Assembly (NCBI GenBank): GCA_964558465.1
Contig: CAZLEF010000020.1
Coordinates: 19,723-83,722, forward strand
Direction of reading: 5' to 3'
Source: an uncultured Lewinella sp.
Lineage (GTDB): Bacteria > Bacteroidota > Bacteroidia > Chitinophagales > Saprospiraceae
Length of the DNA stretch: 64,000 nt
Each line of letters begins with the position of its first letter. The stretch's first letter is position 1. The notes under the pieces were generated by a model, which was not told the DNA's origin, searched no databases, and saw only the letters and a program-made list of their open reading frames with translations. Position numbers and translations under genes: made by a program. Positions 43,814-53,273 of the stretch are shown here, piece after piece.

Positions 43814-44716
43814 ATGAACTACGATTCCCAACCCGAAAACAGCGGCCCTTTAAGGAGCGATTGGGTCTCGCAAGGTATGATCCTGATCTTTTGTTTGCTG
43901 ATCGGCTGGTTTTTGGGGTCTATGTTGAATAGTCTTTGGACAAAGATGGCGGGTGTGGATATCCAGGCGCTGGTGCGCGATTTCAGCAGAGAAAGCCCGT
44001 TGGACGCCCGCAACCGGGTGCGTCTGCTCAGCCTTGTCGCCCATTTTTGCACTTTTACCCTGTCGTCAGTACTGATCGCTGCATTTTTGTTCCGCCGGAC
44101 CTGGCGGGAAGAACTCGGTGTGCGTCCCTTGCCGCCGGTTTCCTGGCTGGCTGCCGGTTTGCTGGCCCTGACGGCTTTTCCGCTTGCACAGGCGGCGTAT
44201 TGGCTCAACCAGCGCCTTCCGCTGCCGGAAGCCTTGCTCCGGCAGGAATCCCAGGCCAATCAGATGATCGCCGGCATCATGGTGATGGACGGCGGGTGGG
44301 AACTGGCCTTCAACCTGCTGCTAACCGCCCTGGCGCCGGCCATCGGCGAAGAGTTATTGTTCAGGGGTATCCTCCAAAACCAGTTGGAAAAACGAACTGG
44401 AAAGACCGCCCTGGCGGTTTGGATCACGGCAGCCTGTTTCAGCGCCATTCACTTCCAGTTTGCCGGATTTTTGCCCCGCTTCCTGTTGGGGGGACTCCTG
44501 GGGTACACCCTGGTCTGGACCCGCAGTTTATGGGCGCCAATTGCCACACATTTTGTTTTTAACGGGGTGCAGGTAGCCGGCGCCTGGTTCATGGGACAAC
44601 AAGCGGCGACGCCCGATCCGGAAAAAATCCCCGCTCCGTTTGTTCCGCTCATCATCCTCTCACTTTTATTTACCTTTGCGCTGGCCCGGGTTTTACGACG
44701 ACAGGGACGGGCATGA
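43814..44716 (+). CDS. CPBP family intramembrane glutamic endopeptidase
   Basis: 300 aa with EELLFRG, SAIHF and HFVFN motifs. Confidence 0.8.
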   Translation: MNYDSQPENSGPLRSDWVSQGMILIFCLLIGWFLGSMLNSLWTKMAGVDIQALVRDFSRESPLDARNRVRLLSLVAHFCTFTLSSVLIAAFLFRRTWREELGVRPLPPVSWLAAGLLALTAFPLAQAAYWLNQRLPLPEALLRQESQANQMIAGIMVMDGGWELAFNLLLTALAPAIGEELLFRGILQNQLEKRTGKTALAVWITAACFSAIHFQFAGFLPRFLLGGLLGYTLVWTRSLWAPIATHFVFNGVQVAGAWFMGQQAATPDPEKIPAPFVPLIILSLLFTFALARVLRRQGRA

Positions 44717-44800
44717 GGATGCGAGGAAGTGCGTGCCACGCCACCACGCCACGGCGTGGTGGAGGATGCGCGTGCCGCGCAGAAAACGTGGAGGAATTGA
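44715..44800. repeat. Hairpin-rich spacer related to the 8.1-kb and 4.87-kb motifs
   Basis: The sequence reads GTGCGTGCCACGCCACCACGCCACGGCGTGGTGGAGGATGCGCGTGCCGCGCAGAAAACGTGGAGGAAT. It contains the reverse complement of GCGTGGCACGCA and a CCACGCC/GGCGTGG stem. Confidence 0.7.
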
Positions 44801-44891
44801 AAATTTGCAGACAAACGAACCAAAAATCAGTTCCTCAGTTCCTCAAGATCAATAACCATCAGGGCAAATGCAAAATGACGACTAATTCCAT

Positions 44892-45728
44892 ATGGAGGGT
44901 TTAATAAAAAGGATGATCACCGCCGCCATTTTTGTCGGGGTAATGCTGGCGGGTTTGTACGGCGGTCGCATCTCTTTTGTGGCGCTCTTTGGCCTGATTG
45001 CCGCTTTATGCCTCTGGGAGTATTTCGACATTGTGCTGGATAAAGTTTTCAATCGCGACCGGGTGCGCAAATTCCTCGGCATGGCCCTGGGGTTGATGCC
45101 GATCGTGATGGCTACGATCATGCAGCTCGAACTGGCCGGCAGCCGGGAAGGTTTTATCGCGGTGGCCTCGTTGTTGTTTGCGCCGGCGATTTTTCTTTCT
45201 TTTGTTTATGAACTGTACACCCAATCGGAAAAACCGTTTGTCAATATCGCTTTTGTGGTGTTGGGCATGGTGTACATCGGTGTGCCGTTCGCATTGCTGG
45301 AATTCATCGCTTTCAACGGCGAACATTTTTATGCCGATACGGTGCTGGGACTGCTGATGCTGAGCTGGGCCAACGATACCGGGGCTTACCTGGTCGGTTC
45401 CCAATGGGGGAAAACCCCGCTATTCCCGCGAATATCCCCCAAAAAAACATGGGAAGGGTCTGTCGGCGGAGCATTGATCACCTTCGGCATCGCCGTCTTG
45501 CTGGCTTATTTTTTTGACGACCTCACCCTGTCCGAATGGCTGATCCTGGCCGCCATCATTGTTGTATTCGGTTCCCTGGGCGACCTGGTAGAATCGATGC
45601 TCAAACGCAGCAGGCATATCAAAGATTCCGGAAGCATCATGCCCGGTCACGGCGGTTTGCTCGACCGGTTCGACGGGTTTATTTTTATGCTGCCTTATGC
45701 GGCGGCTTATTTGTTGCTGATCCGGTAG
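44892..45728 (+). CDS. cdsA: Phosphatidate cytidylyltransferase
   Basis: 278 aa, multi-TM, with the C-terminal signature KRSRHIKDSGSIMPGHGGLLDRFDG. Confidence 0.9.
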   Translation: MEGLIKRMITAAIFVGVMLAGLYGGRISFVALFGLIAALCLWEYFDIVLDKVFNRDRVRKFLGMALGLMPIVMATIMQLELAGSREGFIAVASLLFAPAIFLSFVYELYTQSEKPFVNIAFVVLGMVYIGVPFALLEFIAFNGEHFYADTVLGLLMLSWANDTGAYLVGSQWGKTPLFPRISPKKTWEGSVGGALITFGIAVLLAYFFDDLTLSEWLILAAIIVVFGSLGDLVESMLKRSRHIKDSGSIMPGHGGLLDRFDGFIFMLPYAAAYLLLIR

Positions 45729-45803
45729 AAATGCCCAGGGCCTTGGGGCATCGATAAATCATTGTAATCGAAATCAACCTCACTTTCCCGGTGTTGATCA
45801 ACC

Positions 45804-46307
45804 TTATTTGGGGATAAACCTGATTTGATCAATTAAATAAGCAGAAATCGTTAAATGAATGAAATTGACATTAAAAAACCTGGGTTCCTCACTATAAGTA
45901 AATGAGTTTAAGTCCATTCGAAAAATCTCTTTGATTCCCAGGCCAAAGGTCCAGTCGAATACATTGATTTGGAAATATGGGCCGAATAAAACCTGATATT
46001 CATATTGACCAAGGTCGAAATTAATTATCTGGAGTCCATTGAGAATGATCAAAGCCAGAATGGCATATCTATTTGCTTTTTTTGCTTTGATGCCCAGGTA
46101 AATGAACAAAGCGCCAATAAGGATTCGTGGAAAGACAAAAACAAAATCTATTATGTTGTCGGAAGTAGTCATTCCTGCAATTTCAATGGAAGCCATGTTT
46201 CCAATTTTGATAAAGTAAAAAGCAATTGCAAAAGCAAACAGGATTCCCAGGATCCCAATGGCGATGTGATAAATGCCGGTTGTCTTAAATTCTGTTTTGA
46301 CGTACAT
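45804..46307 (-). CDS. Hypothetical membrane protein in a short AT-rich islet
   Basis: 167 aa with four hydrophobic helices. The local composition is clearly AT-rich relative to the flanks. Confidence 0.4.
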   Translation of the reverse strand: MYVKTEFKTTGIYHIAIGILGILFAFAIAFYFIKIGNMASIEIAGMTTSDNIIDFVFVFPRILIGALFIYLGIKAKKANRYAILALIILNGLQIINFDLGQYEYQVLFGPYFQINVFDWTFGLGIKEIFRMDLNSFTYSEEPRFFNVNFIHLTISAYLIDQIRFIPK

Positions 46308-46599
46308 GGTGTTTTTTTAAATTTATAGGATTGGTCTAATTGATGCGAGATAACCGTCACCTGATTTCCAGAGTTTATAATCAACCGATGCCAATCTTTT
46401 TGCGCCCCGGATTTGAAAGGAAATCTAAGGAGAAGCAGATTTTGTTACCCTGCCAGATCAATAACCTTCATACCCCTGAGTGATCACATTCTCAATTCGT
46501 CAATGGCATTGTATTACGGTGCGCTGCACCTGCAGGCCCCAATGGGCCTCCAGATATTTTGTACGGGTTTAAAGGACAATCGTGGCTTCGGCAAAAATT

Positions 46600-46700
46600 C
46601 AAATTTCCTCCACGTGCATCCTCGCATCAACGCATCAACGAATCAACAAATCAACGAATCAACCATGCATTCCGCGTGGCACGCAAATCAACAAATCACT
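46600..46700. repeat. Octamer-word spacer (CATCCTCG, CATCAACG, AATCAAC) with core TTCCGCGTGGCACGCA
   Basis: The sequence reads GCATCCTCGCATCAACGCATCAACGAATCAACAAATCAACGAATCAACCATGCATTCCGCGTGGCACGCAAATCAACAAATCAC. Confidence 0.8.
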
Positions 46701-46772
46701 GACAAATATCTCACCCCCCCCTGACGGATGTCATCCCCCATGATCCCAAAGGCCGGTAGGTTTGCCTCCGAT

Positions 46773-47891
46773 ATGAAAAATGAATTTAACATAAACTACC
46801 TTGCGCTGATCATCGCCCTTTTGGGAGTCGCTCCGGCCCTCGCGCAAAACGCCGAAACAGCGCCGCCGCCCAAAGGCAGGATCTGGGGGTACTCCTTCGG
46901 CGACCTGATCTACAAGGCCCAGGGCGATACCCTTGATTGGGGCAAAACCGAATACGCCGGAGTGGAAAAACAGACCGTCGGCGCCAACCTGAGGCGGTTG
47001 TTCCTGGGGTACGACTACAAGATCACGGATCATTTCACCGCCAAGGTGCTTGTGGAGGGTGCGGCAAAGACCACCACCCCGGACGGAAGGTTCAGCCTGG
47101 CCATCATCACAGGGTATCTGGAATGGAATGACGTCCTTCCGTTCATTCCCAACTCTTCCGCAAAGATCGGACTGATCCCCACACCCCTTTTACCCTTCCC
47201 GGAAAAGTCATGGGGTTACCGCTCCGTCGAAAAAGAAGCGCTGGACCTGCGAGGGTTGGGCAAGGTGGTCGACCAGGGCGCCTCCCTTTCCGGTGATTTC
47301 AACAACCACAAAAGCGCAGGTTTTACCCTGATGGTCAGCAACGGCACCGGCAACAAACCCGGCATCGACAAATACCTGGAGTACCAGGGCGCCCTGTATA
47401 AAAAATTCTGGAAAAACCAGATCACACTGGAGATCATGGGGGATTACACCCGGAAGAACGGAGATCTGCGCCAGGCCTTCCTCCGGGGTTTTTTCTCGGT
47501 TGAAAGACCGGCCTGGACGTTCGGCGCCGAGCTCGCAAAGGTCTACGTGCAGGAGCCGGTGTCCGGCGCCGTTACAGACGTGAATCCGTTTGCCGTTTCT
47601 GTATTTTTCTCCAACAGACTGCCCGTATTGGGTGATAACTGGCGCAGCTTCTTCCGGTACGATTTTTACAACCCGGTTACCCGGTACGACGCGGAAGGTA
47701 TCTACGGCAGTCCTGCGCAACATTACAACGAACATACCTTCTGGGTCGGGTTGCACTATAAACTGAAAGACAGGATCAACATCATGCCCAATATCATCGT
47801 CAATCACTACGAAGGCAAAAACGACCGGGTGGCCGGGCGCATCCGGGATATTGTGCCAAGGGTGACGGTTTATTTTGTGTTTGGAGATTGA
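46773..47891 (+). CDS. Outer-membrane beta-barrel (porin-like) protein
   Basis: ORF 46728..47891 with likely start MKNEFNINYLALIIALLGVAPALAQ. It shows an alternating beta-strand pattern and a terminal aromatic residue (VYFVFGD). Confidence 0.45.
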   Translation: MKNEFNINYLALIIALLGVAPALAQNAETAPPPKGRIWGYSFGDLIYKAQGDTLDWGKTEYAGVEKQTVGANLRRLFLGYDYKITDHFTAKVLVEGAAKTTTPDGRFSLAIITGYLEWNDVLPFIPNSSAKIGLIPTPLLPFPEKSWGYRSVEKEALDLRGLGKVVDQGASLSGDFNNHKSAGFTLMVSNGTGNKPGIDKYLEYQGALYKKFWKNQITLEIMGDYTRKNGDLRQAFLRGFFSVERPAWTFGAELAKVYVQEPVSGAVTDVNPFAVSVFFSNRLPVLGDNWRSFFRYDFYNPVTRYDAEGIYGSPAQHYNEHTFWVGLHYKLKDRINIMPNIIVNHYEGKNDRVAGRIRDIVPRVTVYFVFGD

Positions 47892-47934
47892 GCGGAGGGC
47901 GGTGAAGGGATCTGACCAGATGGCTGAAGTCGGA

Positions 47935-48900
47935 CTAAACCACAATCACCACATTTCCTTTTTTCCGGCCGGTATCCACATAGGCATGCGCTTCGGCAAT
48001 TTGGTCCAGCCTGTATTTTTTATCAATCACCGGTTTCAGGTGGCCTTCCTCTGCCAGTTTTTTTAAAAAATTGACCGCCGCCGCCGTTTCGACAGCCACG
48101 CCGGAGATCACTTTTTTGGTTCCGGTCAAAGATGCCCATGCGCCCCGGAGCATCGCAGAGAGCATGGCGGCGCCCAATATCAAGGTTCCCTTTTCATGGA
48201 GTGCAGCGAGGCACAACGAGACCGGAGTTTTGTTCACCGTTTCATAAACGACGTCGTACTGACCGCCGTTTTTCGAAAAATCGGTTTGGGCATAATCAAT
48301 CACATGGTCTGCGCCCAGGGATTTCACCAATCCGATATTTGAGGTACTGCAAACGCCCGTGACCTCGGCTCCGAAATATTTGGCAATCTGCACCGCCGCC
48401 GTACCAACCGCTCCGGAAGCTCCGTAGATGAGCACTTTTTGTCCGGGCCGGACATCGGCTTTCCGGAGAAAATGCAAGGCAGTCATGCCGCCAAAAGGCA
48501 AGGCGGCTGCTTCTTCGTGGCTCATGTTTCCGGGTTTTATCGCCAGTGTACCGGTTTCGGGAAGGCAAATATATTCGGCGTAAGCCCCGAAACCCGGATA
48601 AGAAGACCCAAAAACCTGGTCGCCTGTCTTAAATTTTGTCACATTTTTGCCCACCGCTTCAACCGTACCGGACAGCACGCCGCCCAAAACGGGTTTTCCG
48701 GGTTTGAACAGACCGAAGAAAAACCGAACTGCAAACGGGTCGGCTTTCCGCAGTCGGCTATCCGCGGATGTGGCAGCGGTTGCATGGATTTTAACCAGAA
48801 TCTCGTTGTCCTTGGGAATGGGTTTGTTTAAGGTTTGGATTTGGAGTACCGCCGGAGAACCATATTGCGTATAGACGGCCGCTTTCATGCTGATGGTCAT
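47935..48900 (-). CDS. Zinc-type/MDR-family NAD(P)-dependent oxidoreductase (quinone oxidoreductase-like)
   Basis: 321 aa with a GroES-like N-domain and Rossmann motif VLIYGASGAVGTAAVQIAK. Confidence 0.85.
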   Translation of the reverse strand: MTISMKAAVYTQYGSPAVLQIQTLNKPIPKDNEILVKIHATAATSADSRLRKADPFAVRFFFGLFKPGKPVLGGVLSGTVEAVGKNVTKFKTGDQVFGSSYPGFGAYAEYICLPETGTLAIKPGNMSHEEAAALPFGGMTALHFLRKADVRPGQKVLIYGASGAVGTAAVQIAKYFGAEVTGVCSTSNIGLVKSLGADHVIDYAQTDFSKNGGQYDVVYETVNKTPVSLCLAALHEKGTLILGAAMLSAMLRGAWASLTGTKKVISGVAVETAAAVNFLKKLAEEGHLKPVIDKKYRLDQIAEAHAYVDTGRKKGNVVIVV

Positions 48901-49007
48901 TTTTTTGTGGTTTTAATATTTTCAGAAATGGATCTTATTTCCTTTCACACCACAAAGTTAGGGGGATAGAGGGGGCAAATCGTTCGGATTTGAAAATCGG
49001 AACCTCA

Positions 49008-51344
49008 TTATTTTACCACTTCCTTCCAGTAAGCCTTTGGCGTTTGGCCCGTCATCTTTTTGAAGTAGGTGTTAAAAACTGTTTTGGAATTGAACCCGCT
49101 TTCGAAGGCAAGGCCGAGAAGGGTGAGGTGATGAAAGGCCGGGTCGGCGACTTTTGATTTGAACGTTTCCAGGCGGTAAGCGTTGACGAACTCCGCAAAG
49201 TTCTGATCAAAACCTTCATTGAGCAATTGGGACAAATGATTGGGAGGGATTTTCAACAATTGAGCCAACGCCGTGAGCGTCAGGTTGGGATCAAGATGAG
49301 GTTTACCGGTCGCCATCAATTGTTCCAACTGTTGTTTGTAAGTTTTTAATTCCCCTTTTTTGAAAAGGGTTTTTTTATACTTTCTTTTTGAAAATTCAAA
49401 ATCCGTTTTTTCGCCCAGTATTTGCCGCATCAGCTCCTGGAATCGCGGAACCGGGCGCAGCGGTTTGAGTATGGGTTCGACCGGCAGATATACCATCATG
49501 GGCAACCGGTAAACAATTCCCTGTTCAATGAGTTGGAGAACCACCTCCTGCCGTCCCAGCATGGCATGGCAAAGGATCAGCAGATTCATAGCGCGTTCCG
49601 ACAGTTCGGTTTGCAGCGCTGTTTCCAGCTTTGCGATACCCGCTTCCGCCCGGAAGGCGTCGCCCAAAGCAGCGTAAGCAAGGGTGGTTCCTCCCAGTTT
49701 GAGCAGGTCTCCCGGCTCGTCTTCGGGCAATTTTTGAAAGAAATCCAAGGCGTCGGCCGCCCGCCTCATACACACCAACGCCTGCCCCAGGTACAAGGTA
49801 GATATGGAGAAATTTGCCCTCAATTGAATACTCTTCTCAAACGATTCAATGGCTTTTTCAAATTCTTCCTGCCCGTAAAAAATAAAACCTTTCAAATGAT
49901 AATTGATCTCGGAAAACGGGTCGAGTTGAAAGGCGGTTTCCAGGTAGTGCAGGGCGGCCGAAAATTTACCCTCAGCTACCAGCGTTGAGGCCATCGACTG
50001 ATAAAAGTCTACTACCGGACGGCTTTCCAAAGCTTTGTTCAATCGCCGGTAAGTGGCAGGCAGATCCCAGTCTTGCAAAAAACTGACCCAGGACAGATGA
50101 AGCTGGCATTCGGGCAAGTCGGGGTTTAATGCGATAGCTTTGTCCAGAAATGGTTTGCCGACGGCAAAGGCTTTGGCTGCAGGCATCAACCCAATAGTGC
50201 CGAGCAGGGTATAACCCAGCTGTATTGCCAGATGAGCCAACGCAAACCCGGGCTGTTCCCTGATGATTTCCTGTAAAACCGACAGACCCAGATCAATATC
50301 CGGCTTACTCATTTTGAGCAAATGATAGCGGGCTTTCAGGTAACGTTTATAGGTTTCCACCGGGATGTCCGGCGTGTCGACGAGGTGGTCTTCTATTTCA
50401 AAATGGCCGATTTGTTCCCGTAATTTTTCGGCGATCAACAAGCTGATCTCGTCCTGTACCGCAAAAATGTCATCAAAAGAGCGGTCAAAAGTCTTCGACC
50501 AGAAATGAAAATCATCCGCCACGTCGATCAACTGCGCTGTTATGCGCATCTTGTTTCCCGACAAACGGATGCTGCCCTCCAGGATGGTAGAAACATTCAG
50601 TTCCCGGCCGATCTGAGTGATGGGGATATTTTTGTTTTTAAAAAAGAAGGAAGACGTTCTGGAGGTAACTTTCAGGTTTTTGATTTTGGTTAAAGCATTG
50701 ATGATCTCTTCCGTCATCCCATCGCTGAAATACTCATTGTCTTCGTTGGCGCTCATGTTGACGAAGGGGAGTACTGCAATGGATTTTGTCTGATTTTTTT
50801 GTTTGCCCTTCAGTTCCGAACGAGCCGGCAAGTTGATACCTTCATTGGTTACAGCAAAAACTTCCACCGGGTTGCCGATATTTTTCAATTCGAAATACCC
50901 AAGCGAAGCGGTTGATATCTGGGGATGATTTTTGAGTTCGTTATTCAGGTTTCCGGACAGCAGTATGGCGCCTGCAACGCCCATACTTTCGATGCGGGAA
51001 GCCAGGTTGACGCCGTCGCCGTAAATTTCGGTCCCGTCAAAAACGATATCTCCGATATGCAACCCGATGCGCAGGGGAATGGGTTCGCCTGCATTCAATT
51101 CCTTCTGGATGGCGATGGCGCATTCCACCGCCTCCACCCCGCTTTGAAAAACGCTGAGGGTACCGTCGCCGAAATATTGCAGTATTTTTCCGTTAAAGCG
51201 TTCATGTTCCCGGTCAAATATCAGGCGGTGGCGGGCTCTGACGGCGGCGGCCATCGCTTCATTTTGCTGCATTAAAGCCGTATATCCGACGATATCGGTG
51301 AACATGACGGCAGCGAGGCGCCGGGTTTTGTCTTTTTTGATCAT
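49008..51344 (-). CDS. Class III adenylate/guanylate cyclase domain, TPR-like central region and C-terminal AraC-type HTH
   Basis: 778 aa. The N-terminus is AAVMFTDIVGYTALM...GDGTLSVF...LRIGLHIGDIV. The central region is helical repeats. The C-terminus LTALAQLLKIPPNHLSQLLNEGF...LGLAFESGFNSKTVFNTYFKKMTGQTPKAY is AraC-like. Confidence 0.8.
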   Translation of the reverse strand: MIKKDKTRRLAAVMFTDIVGYTALMQQNEAMAAAVRARHRLIFDREHERFNGKILQYFGDGTLSVFQSGVEAVECAIAIQKELNAGEPIPLRIGLHIGDIVFDGTEIYGDGVNLASRIESMGVAGAILLSGNLNNELKNHPQISTASLGYFELKNIGNPVEVFAVTNEGINLPARSELKGKQKNQTKSIAVLPFVNMSANEDNEYFSDGMTEEIINALTKIKNLKVTSRTSSFFFKNKNIPITQIGRELNVSTILEGSIRLSGNKMRITAQLIDVADDFHFWSKTFDRSFDDIFAVQDEISLLIAEKLREQIGHFEIEDHLVDTPDIPVETYKRYLKARYHLLKMSKPDIDLGLSVLQEIIREQPGFALAHLAIQLGYTLLGTIGLMPAAKAFAVGKPFLDKAIALNPDLPECQLHLSWVSFLQDWDLPATYRRLNKALESRPVVDFYQSMASTLVAEGKFSAALHYLETAFQLDPFSEINYHLKGFIFYGQEEFEKAIESFEKSIQLRANFSISTLYLGQALVCMRRAADALDFFQKLPEDEPGDLLKLGGTTLAYAALGDAFRAEAGIAKLETALQTELSERAMNLLILCHAMLGRQEVVLQLIEQGIVYRLPMMVYLPVEPILKPLRPVPRFQELMRQILGEKTDFEFSKRKYKKTLFKKGELKTYKQQLEQLMATGKPHLDPNLTLTALAQLLKIPPNHLSQLLNEGFDQNFAEFVNAYRLETFKSKVADPAFHHLTLLGLAFESGFNSKTVFNTYFKKMTGQTPKAYWKEVVK

Positions 51345-51371
51345 CTGATATGTATATTGTATCCGTATCCT

Positions 51372-51677
51372 CTAATTGCAATCAAAGTCTTCAGGCGTCA
51401 AAATGTATTCAAATGAAAAATCAGGAAGATCCAAAGGGGCATTATTCGAAAAGCAGTCGGTGAAGCCGGGGGTCAAACACATCCTTGCATCGTAGAACTC
51501 GTACACTACGGTATCTCCTGCCGCAAAGGTTATTGGTCTCGGGTCATTCCATTGTTTTTTTCTTCTTTTGAACAACTCAAAATGAAGACCGCAACTGAGG
51601 CAATTAAAATGAATTTTTTTGACAAGGAAATCATAGATTATCTGATTTTGATTGTTGGAGACTTTTGCATTTTGCAT
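51372..51677 (-). CDS. Hypothetical small protein
   Basis: 101-aa ORF in an AT-richer stretch, with Cys pairs (FNCLSC ... FDCN) and no family recognised. Confidence 0.3.
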   Translation of the reverse strand: MQNAKVSNNQNQIIYDFLVKKIHFNCLSCGLHFELFKRRKKQWNDPRPITFAAGDTVVYEFYDARMCLTPGFTDCFSNNAPLDLPDFSFEYILTPEDFDCN

Positions 51678-51746
51678 TTTGCATTTAGACTTTTACATTT
51701 TGCATTATGCAAAAGTAAGGGCTGCTGTTAGCTTGATGACCCGAGG

Positions 51747-53273
51747 CTAACCCCCTGAATCCCGCCGCACTGTATCCACCTTCACGGTATCCCTCCGGAC
51801 GGAATCCCGCTTCAGCGAGTCCCGTTTTAACGAATCCGGCGCTCGCGGCGGCTTCGGCTTTTGGGCCGTCGAATCCACCTTCGGGATCAGCGGGATGATG
51901 GCGGGTTCTGGCCAGTCTTCCTCCAGTTTCGCCAACCGGCGCTCATACAGGCGGGCCATGCGGATGGCTTCCAGGCTGTCGGTCAGCAGGGGGTCGAAAT
52001 AGATGAGGTATCCCTTGCGGGCGTCCTTGAAACAGTCCATCGACATGGCGTTGACGATGAACCCTCGGTCGGTCAGATAACGGATCAACCCCAGGGTGGT
52101 CTTCCACTCCTCCACGCTCAAGGCCTGGATCATGTAGTGCGGGGTGTCGATGGTGAGGAGGAATTTGCAGTCGAAGGCGACCACGGAGTCCCGAAGGGGG
52201 TCAAAAAAGAAGGTGTTGCCACCCGAGGAACTCAACTCGCCGTACAGGGAGTCGCCCATCTTGAACAGCGGGACGCTGTCTACCTGACCGAACGGAATGA
52301 TGGGCGCATCGACATACAGGATCCTCGACTCGGGTTCCAGGGTGTCTTTCATGCGCTCCATGCGGCGGTTGTACGACCATTCGTCGACGTACCGCATGGG
52401 CAGGCGGTTCCATTCCTGGGCAAAGAGGATGGAGAAGGCCACCGCGCCGGTCAGGGTCACCGCCCACTGGTGGTAATACATGCGGTTGAACCGGAAATAG
52501 GTATCCCGGATATAGGGCCGCAACCAGTTCCACAGCCGGTAGTCTTCCATTTTTTTGCCGGACTCGCCTCTGCCGAACCGGAACCGCTTGCCCAATCCGC
52601 TCAGGGTATCCAGCAGGATGATCTTGCGTTTTTCTTTGAAATGGTCCAGCATCGAAGGGGCGATCACGGCCTTGGCGCGTTTATTCTCGCCTACCACGAT
52701 CATGCCGAACCCATGTAAAATGCACTGCCGGCGGAGTTCCCTGAAACCGGGGTCGGTCACGGGGTCCTCAAAAACATCCCAGCCTATGGAGACCCATTGC
52801 TCGTCGGCATGGTAGTGTTTGAATTGCTCGACGGCGTAGATATAACGGTAGCGCCTGAATTTGCGCCCCGCCAGACGGTAGATCCAGAATACCGCCAGGC
52901 CGAACAACATGATGGTGACGATCCGGGTGATCAGACTGATATCGGGTACGGCAAATACGCGGGTGAGGTAGGAAAGGGTATAAACGACCGTCACAACGAT
53001 GGCGGTGGTAGCGACGGCATCCCAACCCAGCAATTCTTCGTTGATCCGGTACCGGACCTCCTCCTGCACGTCAGCCGAAGTGGCCTCGAAGGTGATGGTG
53101 TAGGTGCTGCCGTCGTCGCGCTCGAAAGAAAGCAAGCCGTCGGCCACAACGCCCCCGCCGCGCAGGTCGAGGGCGTGTTGCAGGTCCCGTTTGCGGCGGA
53201 AGAATTTGTAATAATCCCGCAAAAAACGGAGCGTGATGACTTTAATGTCGTCTTCGCTGAGCTTGTTTTCCAT
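51747..53273 (-). CDS. Hypothetical membrane protein with C-terminal RDS(L/V)(K/R) repeats
   Basis: 508 aa with several TM helices. The C-terminus is PDSLKRDSLKRDSVRRDTVKVDTVRRDSGG. The start abuts the folP stop (53273/53274). Confidence 0.5.
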   Translation of the reverse strand: MENKLSEDDIKVITLRFLRDYYKFFRRKRDLQHALDLRGGGVVADGLLSFERDDGSTYTITFEATSADVQEEVRYRINEELLGWDAVATTAIVVTVVYTLSYLTRVFAVPDISLITRIVTIMLFGLAVFWIYRLAGRKFRRYRYIYAVEQFKHYHADEQWVSIGWDVFEDPVTDPGFRELRRQCILHGFGMIVVGENKRAKAVIAPSMLDHFKEKRKIILLDTLSGLGKRFRFGRGESGKKMEDYRLWNWLRPYIRDTYFRFNRMYYHQWAVTLTGAVAFSILFAQEWNRLPMRYVDEWSYNRRMERMKDTLEPESRILYVDAPIIPFGQVDSVPLFKMGDSLYGELSSSGGNTFFFDPLRDSVVAFDCKFLLTIDTPHYMIQALSVEEWKTTLGLIRYLTDRGFIVNAMSMDCFKDARKGYLIYFDPLLTDSLEAIRMARLYERRLAKLEEDWPEPAIIPLIPKVDSTAQKPKPPRAPDSLKRDSLKRDSVRRDTVKVDTVRRDSGG

